A DNA stretch of 64,000 nt from the NCBI GenBank assembly GCA_040901675.1, contig JBBDYJ010000010.1, forward strand, positions 372,072-436,071, read 5' to 3'. How positions within the stretch are numbered: the first letter of the stretch is position 1; each line of letters begins with the position of its first letter. The position numbers were made by a program, and so were the translations under genes. This DNA comes from Pirellulales bacterium. GTDB taxonomy: Bacteria; Planctomycetota; Planctomycetia; Pirellulales; JAICIG01. Shown one piece after another: positions 19,780 to 29,002 of the stretch. A model generated the notes under the pieces. That model searched no databases. It was not told the DNA's origin and was given only the letters and a program-made list of their open reading frames with translations.

Positions 19780-20475
19780 ATGGACGACAAAACCATCCGC
19801 GCCTACATCGCCGAGTTCCTGGGCACGTTCACGCTGGTGTTCGTGGGCACGGCCGTGGCCACGCTGCAGGGGCTGTACAATCATGGCCCGATTGGCTGGT
19901 TGGAAATCTCCTTTGCCTTCGGCTTCACGCTGATGGTCATGGTCTGGGTGATCGGCCCGGCCTCGGGCTGCCACATCAACCCCGCCGTTACAATCCCCAT
20001 GGCCCTTTCCGGCCGGATGCCTTGGTCGAAGGTGCCCGGCTACGTGATCGGCCAGTGCCTGGGCGCTTTGGCGGCCAGCGGCGTGTTGCTGGCCCTGCTC
20101 AAGGGCCTCCCCACTTACAACCTGGCCACCCATGGCCTGGGCGCCAACGCCAACCCCCAGCAGATGACTGTGCCGTCGCTGTTCATCTGGGAAGTGCTGT
20201 TGACCGCGCTGTTCGTGATGACCATCTTCACCACCACGCGCAAAGACGCCATCCGCGGCTTCGAGGCCTGGGCGATCGGCGGTTTCTTGTTTGTCGCGCA
20301 TCTGGTCGGCGCCCAGCTCGGCGATTCGTCGCTCAACCCCGCCCGCAGCCTCGGGCCCGCGATTTTTCAGGGCGGCGACGCGCTGGCCGCCCTCTGGATC
20401 TTTATCGCGGCCCCGCTCGTCGGCGGCATCGTCGGCTGGCGATTGTTCGCCTTGATGTACGAGGAAAAACCCTAG
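19780..20475 (+). CDS. Aquaporin (MIP family)
   Basis: AEFLGTF, SGCHINPAVT, SLNPARS. Confidence 0.95.
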   Translation: MDDKTIRAYIAEFLGTFTLVFVGTAVATLQGLYNHGPIGWLEISFAFGFTLMVMVWVIGPASGCHINPAVTIPMALSGRMPWSKVPGYVIGQCLGALAASGVLLALLKGLPTYNLATHGLGANANPQQMTVPSLFIWEVLLTALFVMTIFTTTRKDAIRGFEAWAIGGFLFVAHLVGAQLGDSSLNPARSLGPAIFQGGDALAALWIFIAAPLVGGIVGWRLFALMYEEKP

Positions 20476-20515
20476 CTCCCACCGGCCCGTCCTGCCCCGG
20501 AGGGGCGCCGGGGGC

Positions 20516-20590
20516 CTGGGGCAAAGCGGACTTCGGACTTCGGCGAGCTCAGTCGAGTCGCGAGCTCAGTCGAGTCGTAGCGTGCCCCAG
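20516..20590 (+). repeat. REP-like family B palindrome with two nested 24-bp units (second copy)
   Basis: 75 bp = 27-bp empty element + 2 x 24 bp; insert identical to 11410-11457. Confidence 0.9.
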
Positions 20591-20668
20591 TCTTCGTCCG
20601 TCTCGTCCCTTCCCCCCTTCCCCTCATCGCCTCATCGCCCCCTCGGTCTTTCTCGCCCTTTCCGGCCG

Positions 20669-21109
20669 TCAGGGCTTGAGGTGCATTCGCTCAATACGCT
20701 CAGCGTGGTCGCGAATGCCGGTTCTCACGGTTGACCGAAGCGGCTCCTGGTCGCAGTCAGCGAGGATGGCGAAAACCTTCTTCGCTGTCGCAACACGCTG
20801 CCTTGCGAATGCGGCTGTACCGAATCGGGCCTCCTCCACGTCGTAGTCGGCGTGGTTACGGTCGCCGCGGAGATTGTCCAAGAGTTGGCCGGCGATTGCC
20901 GCTGTCGGATCCCCAGCGTTTTGCAGCAGAATCGGGATCTTGGCGTGCTTGTTGGTGCCGCGAGGCAGTTGCACACCGAATTGAATGACCAGGTCGGTGG
21001 CCTGGTGGAGGGAGGCGTAGTACGCTCTGCTAACGGCAGTTCGGAGACGAGCCTCATCCGTCGCCGTTTCCAGCTCGCTGGCGAGCTGGAGGAAGTCTAC
21101 GGCGTTCAT
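20669..21109 (-). CDS. HEPN-domain protein (UPF0332-like), putative toxin
   Basis: AVSRAYYA, H, R.DRNHADY motifs; ATGA overlap with the upstream gene. Confidence 0.8.
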   Translation of the reverse strand: MNAVDFLQLASELETATDEARLRTAVSRAYYASLHQATDLVIQFGVQLPRGTNKHAKIPILLQNAGDPTAAIAGQLLDNLRGDRNHADYDVEEARFGTAAFARQRVATAKKVFAILADCDQEPLRSTVRTGIRDHAERIERMHLKP

Positions 21110-21408
21110 GCTTGAGGTTCGATGGAGAGGCGGAAAACGCCAGGCAGATTCAGACTGGACACCTGGCGGCACCACTCCAGCTCTCGTTCGAGCACGCCCT
21201 CATCGGATCCGCTGGCTCTCACGCGGAAAACGATGCGAAAGTCGTCCGGTATTTCCGGGTCGTCTTCAATGGAGACTGTGCACGCGCCGGGAAAAAGCTT
21301 GCCCGTGGCTTCGACGACCGCCTTATAGGGAGCCGCCAAGCCGAGCCTTTCGGCGGCCAGTGCCGGGTCGTCCAGGAGCTGCTTGATCGTTTCATCCAGA
21401 ACGGACAT
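21106..21408 (-). CDS. Small hypothetical protein, putative partner of the HEPN gene
   Basis: 100 aa, acidic EDDPEIPDD; translationally coupled to the HEPN gene. Confidence 0.7.
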   Translation of the reverse strand: MSVLDETIKQLLDDPALAAERLGLAAPYKAVVEATGKLFPGACTVSIEDDPEIPDDFRIVFRVRASGSDEGVLERELEWCRQVSSLNLPGVFRLSIEPQA

Positions 21409-21649
21409 AGAACGACGAGCCTTGGAACGGGCGTGACACGGAGGCCGCTACTGCAGCCGAGTTTCCCAGACTGCGGGCCGAAAAGCAACACGTCGCCTCG
21501 TCCGTCTCCCCCCTTCTCCTCATCGCCCCCTCGTTCTTTCCGCCCGCCCGTCTCCCCTTGTCCCCTTGTCGCCTTGTCCCCTTGTCGTGCCCCCCCCGCC
21601 CCCCCGCTTGACCCTCATGGGCGCCCGGCAACAATACAGTGCCACCAGG

Positions 21650-21704
21650 GTGGTCCACTCCGCTCCGCGAGTGGCGTAAGGTGGTCCACTCGCTCCGCGA
21701 GTGG
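21650..21704 (+). repeat. Tandem REP-like family F (GTGG-TCCACTCGC-TCC-GCGAGTGG)
   Basis: Copies at 21650-21674 and 21681-21704. Confidence 0.8.
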
Positions 21705-21745
21705 TCTGGATCGACAGTGATGTGACCTCAAGGGAAAAACTCAAC

Positions 21746-21937
21746 ATGCATCGTGTAACGCTGCGAAGTGCGGCCCTGCTCGGCCTGGCTGTCCTCGCCG
21801 GCTGCAACCGGGCGGTCCCTCCCCCCGCCGCTCGTCCCGTCCAGGCCACCGAGCAGGACAAAAAGGACCTGGTCGAGTTCATGAAGGCCTGCACCGGCGA
21901 CTTGCCGCGGGTCGAACGCGGCCGGTTGCCCAAGTAA
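21746..21937 (+). CDS. Small lipoprotein
   Basis: Signal peptide with LAGC lipobox. Confidence 0.55.
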   Translation: MHRVTLRSAALLGLAVLAGCNRAVPPPAARPVQATEQDKKDLVEFMKACTGDLPRVERGRLPK

Positions 21938-21956
21938 TGTCCGCACGGAAACTACC

Positions 21957-22340
21957 TTGAACGAAGACGAGTTGTACCAGGACCACATCCTGGACCATTT
22001 CGAAGACCCGTTTCACCGGGGACGCCTGGCCGGGGCCACGCACGCTCACGAGGACGACAACCCGCTCTGCGGCGATTCTGTCCACATCGACCTGGCCATC
22101 GACGACCAGGGGCGGATCGCCGAGGCCTGGTTCGACGGCGACGGCTGCTGCATCAGCCAGGCCGCCGCCTCGATGCTGGTCCAGCGCGTCGAGGGCCGCC
22201 ACGTCGACGAGGTCCGCGGCTTCTCCGCCGACGACATGCTCGCCCTGTTCCGCGCCCGCTTGACCCCCAACCGCCAAAAATGCTGCCTGCTCTGCTGGAA
22301 GGTGCTGCAGGCCGCCATCTATTCGCCGAGGCGGCCATGA
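21957..22340 (+). CDS. sufU: SufU/IscU-type Fe-S scaffold or sulfur-transfer protein
   Basis: LYQDHILDH, NPLCGD, GCCISQAAAS, R.KC. Confidence 0.85.
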   Translation: MNEDELYQDHILDHFEDPFHRGRLAGATHAHEDDNPLCGDSVHIDLAIDDQGRIAEAWFDGDGCCISQAAASMLVQRVEGRHVDEVRGFSADDMLALFRARLTPNRQKCCLLCWKVLQAAIYSPRRP

Positions 22341-23602
22341 CTGCCAGCAAGACTGCTACGACCACGCTGCGGCCGCTCGATCCCCAGGCCTTGCGGGCCG
22401 ATTTCCCGATCCTGGCCAGCGTCTTGCACGGCAACATGCCACTGGCCTACTTGGACAACGCGGCCACGACGCAGCGGCCGCGGCAAGTGATCCAGACGCT
22501 GGTTGACGTCTACGAGAAGCAATACGCCAACGTCCACCGCGGCATCCACTGGCTGAGCGACCAGAGCACCGACCTGTACGAGGAGGCCCGCGAGAAGGTC
22601 CGCGCCTTCATCAACGCCCGCCAGCGCGAAGAGATCATCTTCACGCACGGCACCACCGAAGGCATCAACCTGGTGGCCCGCGCCTGGGGCGAGGCCCACG
22701 TCAAGCCGGGCGACGAGATCCTGCTCTCCGAGATGGAGCACCATTCCAACATCGTCCCTTGGCAGCAACTGGCCGCCCGCACCGGCTGCCTGCTGCGCTA
22801 CATCCCGATCACCGGCGAGGGCTTTTTGGACCTCGAAGCCTTGCCCGGACTGCTGAGCGAGCGGACCAGGCTCGTGGCGGTGACGGCGCTCTCGAACGTG
22901 CTGGGAACCATCAACCCGCTGGAAGAGATCGTCCGCCAGGCCCACGCCGCCGGCGCGGTGGTTCTGATCGACGCGGCCCAGAGCGCTCCGCACCTGGCGA
23001 CCGACGTCCAGGCCTTGGGGGCCGATTTCCTGGCCTTCAGCGGCCACAAGCTCCTGGCCCCATCGGGCGTCGGCGTGCTGTACGGCCGCCGCGAGCTGCT
23101 CGATTCGATGCCTCCCTTCCTTGGCGGCGGCAGCATGATCCGCCGCGTGAAGCTCGACGGTTTCGAGCCGGCCGACCTGCCGGCCAAGTTCGAGGCGGGC
23201 ACTCCGCCCATCGTGCCGGCGATCGGCCTGGGCACTGCCTTGGACTATTTATCTCGCATCGGCATGCAGGCGATCCACGAGCACGAGCGGCTGTTGACCG
23301 AGCGGGCCCACGAGGTGTTGTCGGCCTTGGGCGGCGTACGTTTCCTCGGCCCCTCGCCGGAGCACAAGGGCGGCATCGTCAGTTTCACGGTCGCGGGCAT
23401 CCACGCCCACGACGTCGCGCAGCTTTTGGACCGCGAGGGGATCGCCATCCGCGCCGGCCACCACTGTGCGATGCCCTTGCACAAGCGTTTAGGGATCACC
23501 GCCAGCGCCCGTGCCAGCTTTTACTTTTACAATACTCCCAGCGAGATCGACCATCTCGGCGCCGCACTCTCCCGCGCCCAGCGTCTGATGCGCCGCAAGT
23601 AG
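22337..23602 (+). CDS. sufS: Cysteine desulfurase SufS
   Basis: YLDNAATTQ, FSGHK, FEAGTP, RAGHHCA. Confidence 0.95.
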   Translation: MTASKTATTTLRPLDPQALRADFPILASVLHGNMPLAYLDNAATTQRPRQVIQTLVDVYEKQYANVHRGIHWLSDQSTDLYEEAREKVRAFINARQREEIIFTHGTTEGINLVARAWGEAHVKPGDEILLSEMEHHSNIVPWQQLAARTGCLLRYIPITGEGFLDLEALPGLLSERTRLVAVTALSNVLGTINPLEEIVRQAHAAGAVVLIDAAQSAPHLATDVQALGADFLAFSGHKLLAPSGVGVLYGRRELLDSMPPFLGGGSMIRRVKLDGFEPADLPAKFEAGTPPIVPAIGLGTALDYLSRIGMQAIHEHERLLTERAHEVLSALGGVRFLGPSPEHKGGIVSFTVAGIHAHDVAQLLDREGIAIRAGHHCAMPLHKRLGITASARASFYFYNTPSEIDHLGAALSRAQRLMRRK

Positions 23603-23606
23603 TGGT

Positions 23607-23847
23607 CTGGAGTCAGAAGTCAGGAGTCAGAAGTCGGAACGGCCCAAGGCCGTCCGTTGCGCAGCCATTATCCCGGCGCGCCGGGATCTCGCCCGTAGGG
23701 CGGACGATGGTTGCCAGGGACTTCAGTCCCTGGATCGTTGCCCCACCCTTCTCGTGGCCATCTTCGTCCGTCCATCCTTCTCTTTTTCCGTGGCGTCTCC
23801 GTATTCTCCGTAACTCCGTGGTGAATTCCTCCTCGTCCGTCCGTTCC
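23607..23847. repeat. Composite intergenic repeat region
   Basis: (GAGTCAG/AAGTCAG)n; CCAGGGACT-TC-AGTCCCTGG hairpin; 23751-23772 identical to 28851-28872; 23786-23847 matches 34436-34497 at 57 of 62 positions. Confidence 0.8.
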
Positions 23848-23898
23848 ATCTGTAAGGTTTTCCCTCCGGCGGGACTTTACACTATATAAGGACGACCG

Positions 23899-24495
23899 AT
23901 GCCAGAACCGCCCGAAACCAGGCCGAGCCTCGTGTTGCGCTTGACGAATGCGCGCGACGACGAGGCCTGGACCGAGTTCGTGGCGATCTACGAGCCCTTG
24001 ATCATCCGGCTGATGCACAACCACGGTCTGCAGGAGAGCGATGCTCGCGATGTCTGCCAGCAGGTGTTCGAGGCCCTGGCCCGCGACATCGAGCAGTGGA
24101 AGCCCGACGGCGCGAAGGCCTCCTTTCGCCGCTGGTTGTTTCAAATCGCCCGCAACCGTGTTATCAAGTTTTTGGACCGCCAGCGGCGCCGGCCCCAGGC
24201 TGCCGGCGGCACCGATGCGCAGCTCCTGCTCCAGGCCCAGACCGACCCCCGCGCCTCGGCCTCGGCCGAGTTCGAGCACGAGTACCGGCGGCAGTTGCTG
24301 CTGCGGGCCATGGAGCGGATCCGCGGCGAATTCCGCGAGTCGACCTGGCAGGCCTTCTGGCAGACGTGCGTCGCCGGCCGCCCGATCGCGGAAGTCGCCG
24401 ATCAGCTCGGCACGACGGCCGGCAATGTCTATGTCGCCCGAAGCCGCATCGTGGCCCGCCTGCGTGACCAGGTGAGCCAGATCGAGGGACCCTGA
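23899..24495 (+). CDS. ECF sigma factor (kinase-associated type)
   Basis: TRPSL..RL...D.EAW.EF...Y, SFRRWL, TWQAFW, VYVARSRI. Confidence 0.92.
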   Translation: MPEPPETRPSLVLRLTNARDDEAWTEFVAIYEPLIIRLMHNHGLQESDARDVCQQVFEALARDIEQWKPDGAKASFRRWLFQIARNRVIKFLDRQRRRPQAAGGTDAQLLLQAQTDPRASASAEFEHEYRRQLLLRAMERIRGEFRESTWQAFWQTCVAGRPIAEVADQLGTTAGNVYVARSRIVARLRDQVSQIEGP

Positions 24496-26108
24496 TGCCG
24501 TCAACTTGCGATCACCAGCGCCTCCGCCTGCTGCTCGCCGAGCAGTTGCCCGAGCCCCTCGAGGCCGAAGCGATCGAGCACGTCGCCTCCTGCCCGCGCT
24601 GCCGCCAGGAGCTGGAGTCGCTGGCCGGCGACGCAGCCTGGTGGGCCGAAGTCGCAAGCTGCTTCGTCCCCCCATCCCCGACTCCCCCCTTCGCCCCATC
24701 CCCCGCTCCCCCCTTCCCCCCTTCCTCTGATCCGCCCGAGTCCGACGATTCCTTCGCGGCCGATTTTGCCGTCGACTTCCTCGAACCGTGCGGCCAGCCC
24801 CACACCATCGGCCGCATCGACGAGTTCGAGATCATCGAGCCCATCGGCCGCGGCGGCATGGGCATCGTGCTCAAGGGCTTCCAGCGCGACCTGGGACGCT
24901 ACGTGGCCGTCAAGGTGATGGCCCCGCACCTGGCCGCCAGCGGCCCGGCGAGAAAGCGCTTCGCCCGCGAAGCGCGGGCCGCGGCGGCCATCGTGCACCC
25001 GCACGTCATGCCCATCCACTCCGTCAATGCCTCCGCCCGCCTCCCCTACCTGGTGATGCCCTACGTGGCCTGCGAATCTCTTCAGCAACGGCTCGACCGT
25101 GAAGGGCCGCTGGAGATCAACCAGATACTCCGCATCGGCTTGCAGACGGCGCTGGGGCTGGCGGCCGCCCATGCCCAGGGCCTGGTACACCGCGACGTCA
25201 AGCCGGCCAACATCCTGCTGGAAAAAGGGGTCGACCGGGTCCTGCTCACCGATTTCGGCCTGGCCCGCGCGGCGGACGACGCCAGCCTCACGCGGACGGG
25301 CGTCATCGCCGGCACTCCCCGGTACATGTCGCCCGAGCAGTCGCGAGGCGATCCGGTCGATCATCGCACCGACTTGTTCAGCCTGGGCAGCGTGATGTAC
25401 GCCGCCTGCACCGGCCGGCCTCCCTTTCGGGCCGAAACCAGCTACGGCGTTCTGCGGCGGATTTGCGACACCCTGCCGCGCTCGATCCGCGACATCAACC
25501 CCGACATACCCGACTGGCTCGCGCTGGTGGTCCAAAAGCTGCAAGCCAAGGAGCCCAGCCAGCGGATCCAGTCGGCCGGCGAAACGGCCGAACTGCTGGA
25601 GCGCTGCCTGGCCCACGTCCAGCAGCCGACCGTCGTCCCCCTGCCCGACGCCATCCGTAGCCTAGGCTTCCAGCCTGTCCAGCACGCCACCGGCGCGCGG
25701 TGTTGCCGGCTCGTGAACAGGCTGGAAGCCTATGCTACACCGGCCGCCCGCCGCTTCTTTCGGCCCGCGCTGATCATCACCAGCGTTCTTTCTCTGGCGC
25801 TGATCGTGATCGTCGGCGGGCAACTTCTCAGCGGCCGCCGCCAAGGCGACGCTGCGCCGGCCGGGCCGCCGGCCGGCCAGGCGGCTCTCCCGCCGCGTGA
25901 GCCGGCCGGCGGATCGACGCCCCGTGCCGCCAGCGCGTCGGCCGAGACGCCCTGGGACGACGGCGCCGCCGAGCAGATCGACGGCGTCGCCCGCGACATC
26001 GACGCGCTGGAAACCGCGGCCAGCCGATTCTGGCAACACCCCGCCGCGCCTGCCGCCGAGCCCGCTTCTGAAACCAATCGACCTAAAAACGAGGAGGTTT
26101 CGCCATGA
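24495..26108 (+). CDS. Ser/Thr protein kinase with N-terminal zinc-finger (HxxxCxxC) and one TM helix
   Basis: GRGGMG, VAVK, HRDVKPAN, DFG, GTP.YMSPE. Confidence 0.95.
   Translation: MPSTCDHQRLRLLLAEQLPEPLEAEAIEHVASCPRCRQELESLAGDAAWWAEVASCFVPPSPTPPFAPSPAPPFPPSSDPPESDDSFAADFAVDFLEPCGQPHTIGRIDEFEIIEPIGRGGMGIVLKGFQRDLGRYVAVKVMAPHLAASGPARKRFAREARAAAAIVHPHVMPIHSVNASARLPYLVMPYVACESLQQRLDREGPLEINQILRIGLQTALGLAAAHAQGLVHRDVKPANILLEKGVDRVLLTDFGLARAADDASLTRTGVIAGTPRYMSPEQSRGDPVDHRTDLFSLGSVMYAACTGRPPFRAETSYGVLRRICDTLPRSIRDINPDIPDWLALVVQKLQAKEPSQRIQSAGETAELLERCLAHVQQPTVVPLPDAIRSLGFQPVQHATGARCCRLVNRLEAYATPAARRFFRPALIITSVLSLALIVIVGGQLLSGRRQGDAAPAGPPAGQAALPPREPAGGSTPRAASASAETPWDDGAAEQIDGVARDIDALETAASRFWQHPAAPAAEPASETNRPKNEEVSP
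25657..25738. repeat. Inverted REP-like doublet (family G) inside the kinase CDS
   Basis: GTAGCCTAGGCTTCCAGCCTGT ... ACAGGCTGGAAGCCTATGCTAC (21 of 22 complementary). Confidence 0.85.
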
Positions 26109-28613
26109 ACCCGGCCCGCATCCCAATCCTATCGGCGCTTGTGATCCTCCTCGGGCTCGGCGGGCTGGTTGCTGCCCAGCAGAACGGTGAACCCGCCGCG
26201 GTCCCCGGCGGCACTCCGGCCGCCGCTGCCTTGGGCGAGCCGGGCGCGCCCGCGGCCGCCGCCCCCGGTGGCCGCACCGGCGCCTCGCCATCCGGGGCGC
26301 TCGTCCTGCGGTTTATCTACAAGGGGAAGCGCCCCGAGCCGCTCCCTCTCGCCGTCACCAAGGACCAGGCCGCCTTCGGCGCCACGGTTGCGGACCAGTC
26401 CCTCGTCGTCGGCGAAGACGGCGGCCTGGCCAACGTGCTGGTCTACCTGGCGAGCAAAGACATTCACCCGGACGTGGTGAAAGCGACAAGCAAAGAGGCC
26501 GTGCTCCGCGTCGAAGGCGGCCTGTTGCAACCCCGCGTCCTGCCGCTCGTGCTTGGACAGCCACTGCGGCTCAGCAACCCGTCGCCCGTGGCGATCAACC
26601 TCTATTTTCCAACGATGTCGAACCCTCAACTGAACGTCCTGATTCCGCCGCAGGCCGACCCTGTCCACCGTTTCGAGCGCGAGCAGGAAAAGCTTCCTGT
26701 GCCCGTGACCTGCACCGTCCATCCCTGGATGCGCGCCTACTTGATGCCGCTGGCGCATCCCTACGCCGACGTGTCGGGCCGCGACGGCACGGCCCGGATA
26801 CCGGATCTTCCGGTGGGCCAATTGCCGTTCCGGCTGTGGCATGAACGGGTCGGCTTTTTGAAGCCCGCAGGCAGCACCGATCGGCAGTTCACGTTCGACA
26901 TCCAGCCCGGCGGCAATCGACTTGACATTCAGGTCGATCAGTCCCTCTCCGTGACCCGGGTGCGGCAGGCTTCGGCCGTCGATGATCCGCCCGCTGTCGC
27001 CTGGGTGTTCGACGACCCGCGGCGCATCGAAGAAATCGTGCGCGGAGAAGACGTCGTCGAGATCGACACGATCACCGACAGCATCAGCACGCAAAACGAC
27101 ATTCGCCTCCGATCCAAGTTCGGCGAAGCAACCATCCGTCCCGGCGAGCTCAAGCTGCTGAATCTCGGTGAGGACGTGCATGAAACGTTTTATTCCTGGG
27201 GCGACGAGGCCCGCGACCGCATCGGCGGCTACGGCGAGCCCTTCCGTTGGCTCAAGTTCGACTGGCAGCGCGACGGCAAGCTGCGGCTCACTTTCTACAA
27301 GGTCAACCCCTTCCGCGAGCGGGTATGGTCCAGCGACCCGGAAGCCAGAGTACAAGCGATGTCGGGGCAATGTGCCGAGCTGGAGCAGGAGGCCATCCGC
27401 CTGGCCGACGAGTGGCGCAAGCTCGATTTGCCCGAGCTGGACCTCGAAGCGGCGGAGCATCAGCGGGAGTTGAAGTCGCGCCTGCGGGAGACCGTGGCGG
27501 CGGCCTTTGAGGCCCGGCAGAGTCTCCAGCGGGCCGAGCTGGCGCAGCTTGCCGAGCGGCTGGCTCGCATCCAGCAGACCGTCGCCGGCCGCGAGCAGCT
27601 CAAAACCTCGATCATCGACCGCCGCGTCGCCGAGCTGCTGGATCCCAAGCTGCAATGGGATCCGGCCCCGCCGGCCCCGAATGCCGCCAAGGCGAATGCC
27701 GCCGGCACGCCGAAAGAACCCGCCGAGACGGCCTCCCGGCGTGAGCCCTTGGTTCCCGATCCCGACGCCACCAGCAGTCAAGCGGCAGAGAGCGAACCAG
27801 ACGCCTCGCACGTTTCCCAGCGGGAGGGGACGCTCACAGCCACTGCGGCCGCGGAGTCCAGAATCCCCCTCAAAGCCCGGCTGCTCTTCATCCAGCGCGA
27901 CTGGTCCGTGACCGCCAACCACCAGGCCCACGATGAGATCCGTCAGGTGCTCGCTCGAGCGTCCGATGCCAAGGATTCAGAAGATTTGGCGGCGGACCGG
28001 CCGATAGGCCCGGGGCTTGTGTTTCCGGAGGCCGGCCGTTGTTCCATCTTCACCAGGGAGGATTTCGCAAGTTTGGAAGCCTGGCTGGGCAAAAGCGGCT
28101 GGCTGCTGGCCGAGCTGCCGGTCGAGCAGACTCCCGACAAGAACCGCAGCCAGCAGCGCTGGTCAACCTGGATGGAGATGCCCAAGGCGGGAGCTCCCGG
28201 CCTGGCTCACGGCAATTGGTGGCTGACCGCCGAGGTGAGACCGGCCCTCACTCGACCGGACGACGAGGGCGTGTGGCGCATCGTGGACCATCCTGATTAT
28301 CTGGCACATATCGAGTTGTCTCGATCGTGGCAGGTGATGCAGGCGCGACCCGGCGGCCCCCGCTTGCGTGGCGCTTCGATCAGCATCAGGCCGAAGGTCA
28401 CTTTCCATCTGCCCCCCCAAAGCGGCCGTGGTGATCCCCTGGTATGCGCACCCGGACGACGCATCGCTGGCCGAGCGGGTAGAAACGGCATCGCGGGTCT
28501 TGATGGTATTCGAGGACGCCGCGCACGAGCCATCGTCCCCCATCGTGCCCACCTTTCGTCTCCCCCAGCGCTTCGCCGCTCTCCGCTTCGACACCAACCC
28601 CAAACCACATTAG
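26105..28613 (+). CDS. Exported multidomain protein (carboxypeptidase-regulatory/cupredoxin-like N-domain, coiled coil) with probable frameshift at C7 28412-28418
   Basis: GAGGAGG RBS, signal peptide, GLANV.VY and C.VHPWM motifs; GC3-rich coding pattern moves to the +1 frame after the C run and stops at 28613 (as-sequenced ORF runs to 28732). Confidence 0.7.
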
Positions 28614-29002
28614 CCCCTCCAGCCCCGATCGCCGGCCGCGAGCAGCTCAAAACCTCGGGCAAACAAAGGGGACGCAGCTCGAATGGCACTCATGGCACAG
28701 CTCATCTCGCACCGGGCGCTAGGCACGGATAACCCCACAAGCCCTTTTCCGCGCAGTTCACTGCCAGCGGCGGCCACGACTGCCGCTCCGCCCCCAGTCC
28801 GCGTTCGGCGGCTCTTCTTTATTCTGCCTATCTCTGCCTTTTCGTGCCTGCTCGTGGCCATCTTCGTCCGTCTCCGTCATCGCCGTGTCACCGTGTCCCC
28901 CCATCCCCCGCTCCCCACTTCCCCCCTTCCTCCTGCTATACTGACCAGCCTGCACGACACCCTACCGGTAAGACCGCACGCCTCACCCCGCGAGAATCCG
29001 CC

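Noticed and set aside
23613..23849. ORFs sharing the peptide ERTDEEEFTT (also at the end of ORF 34371-35891)
   Set aside because: Translation of the dispersed nonamer repeat, not a protein family.
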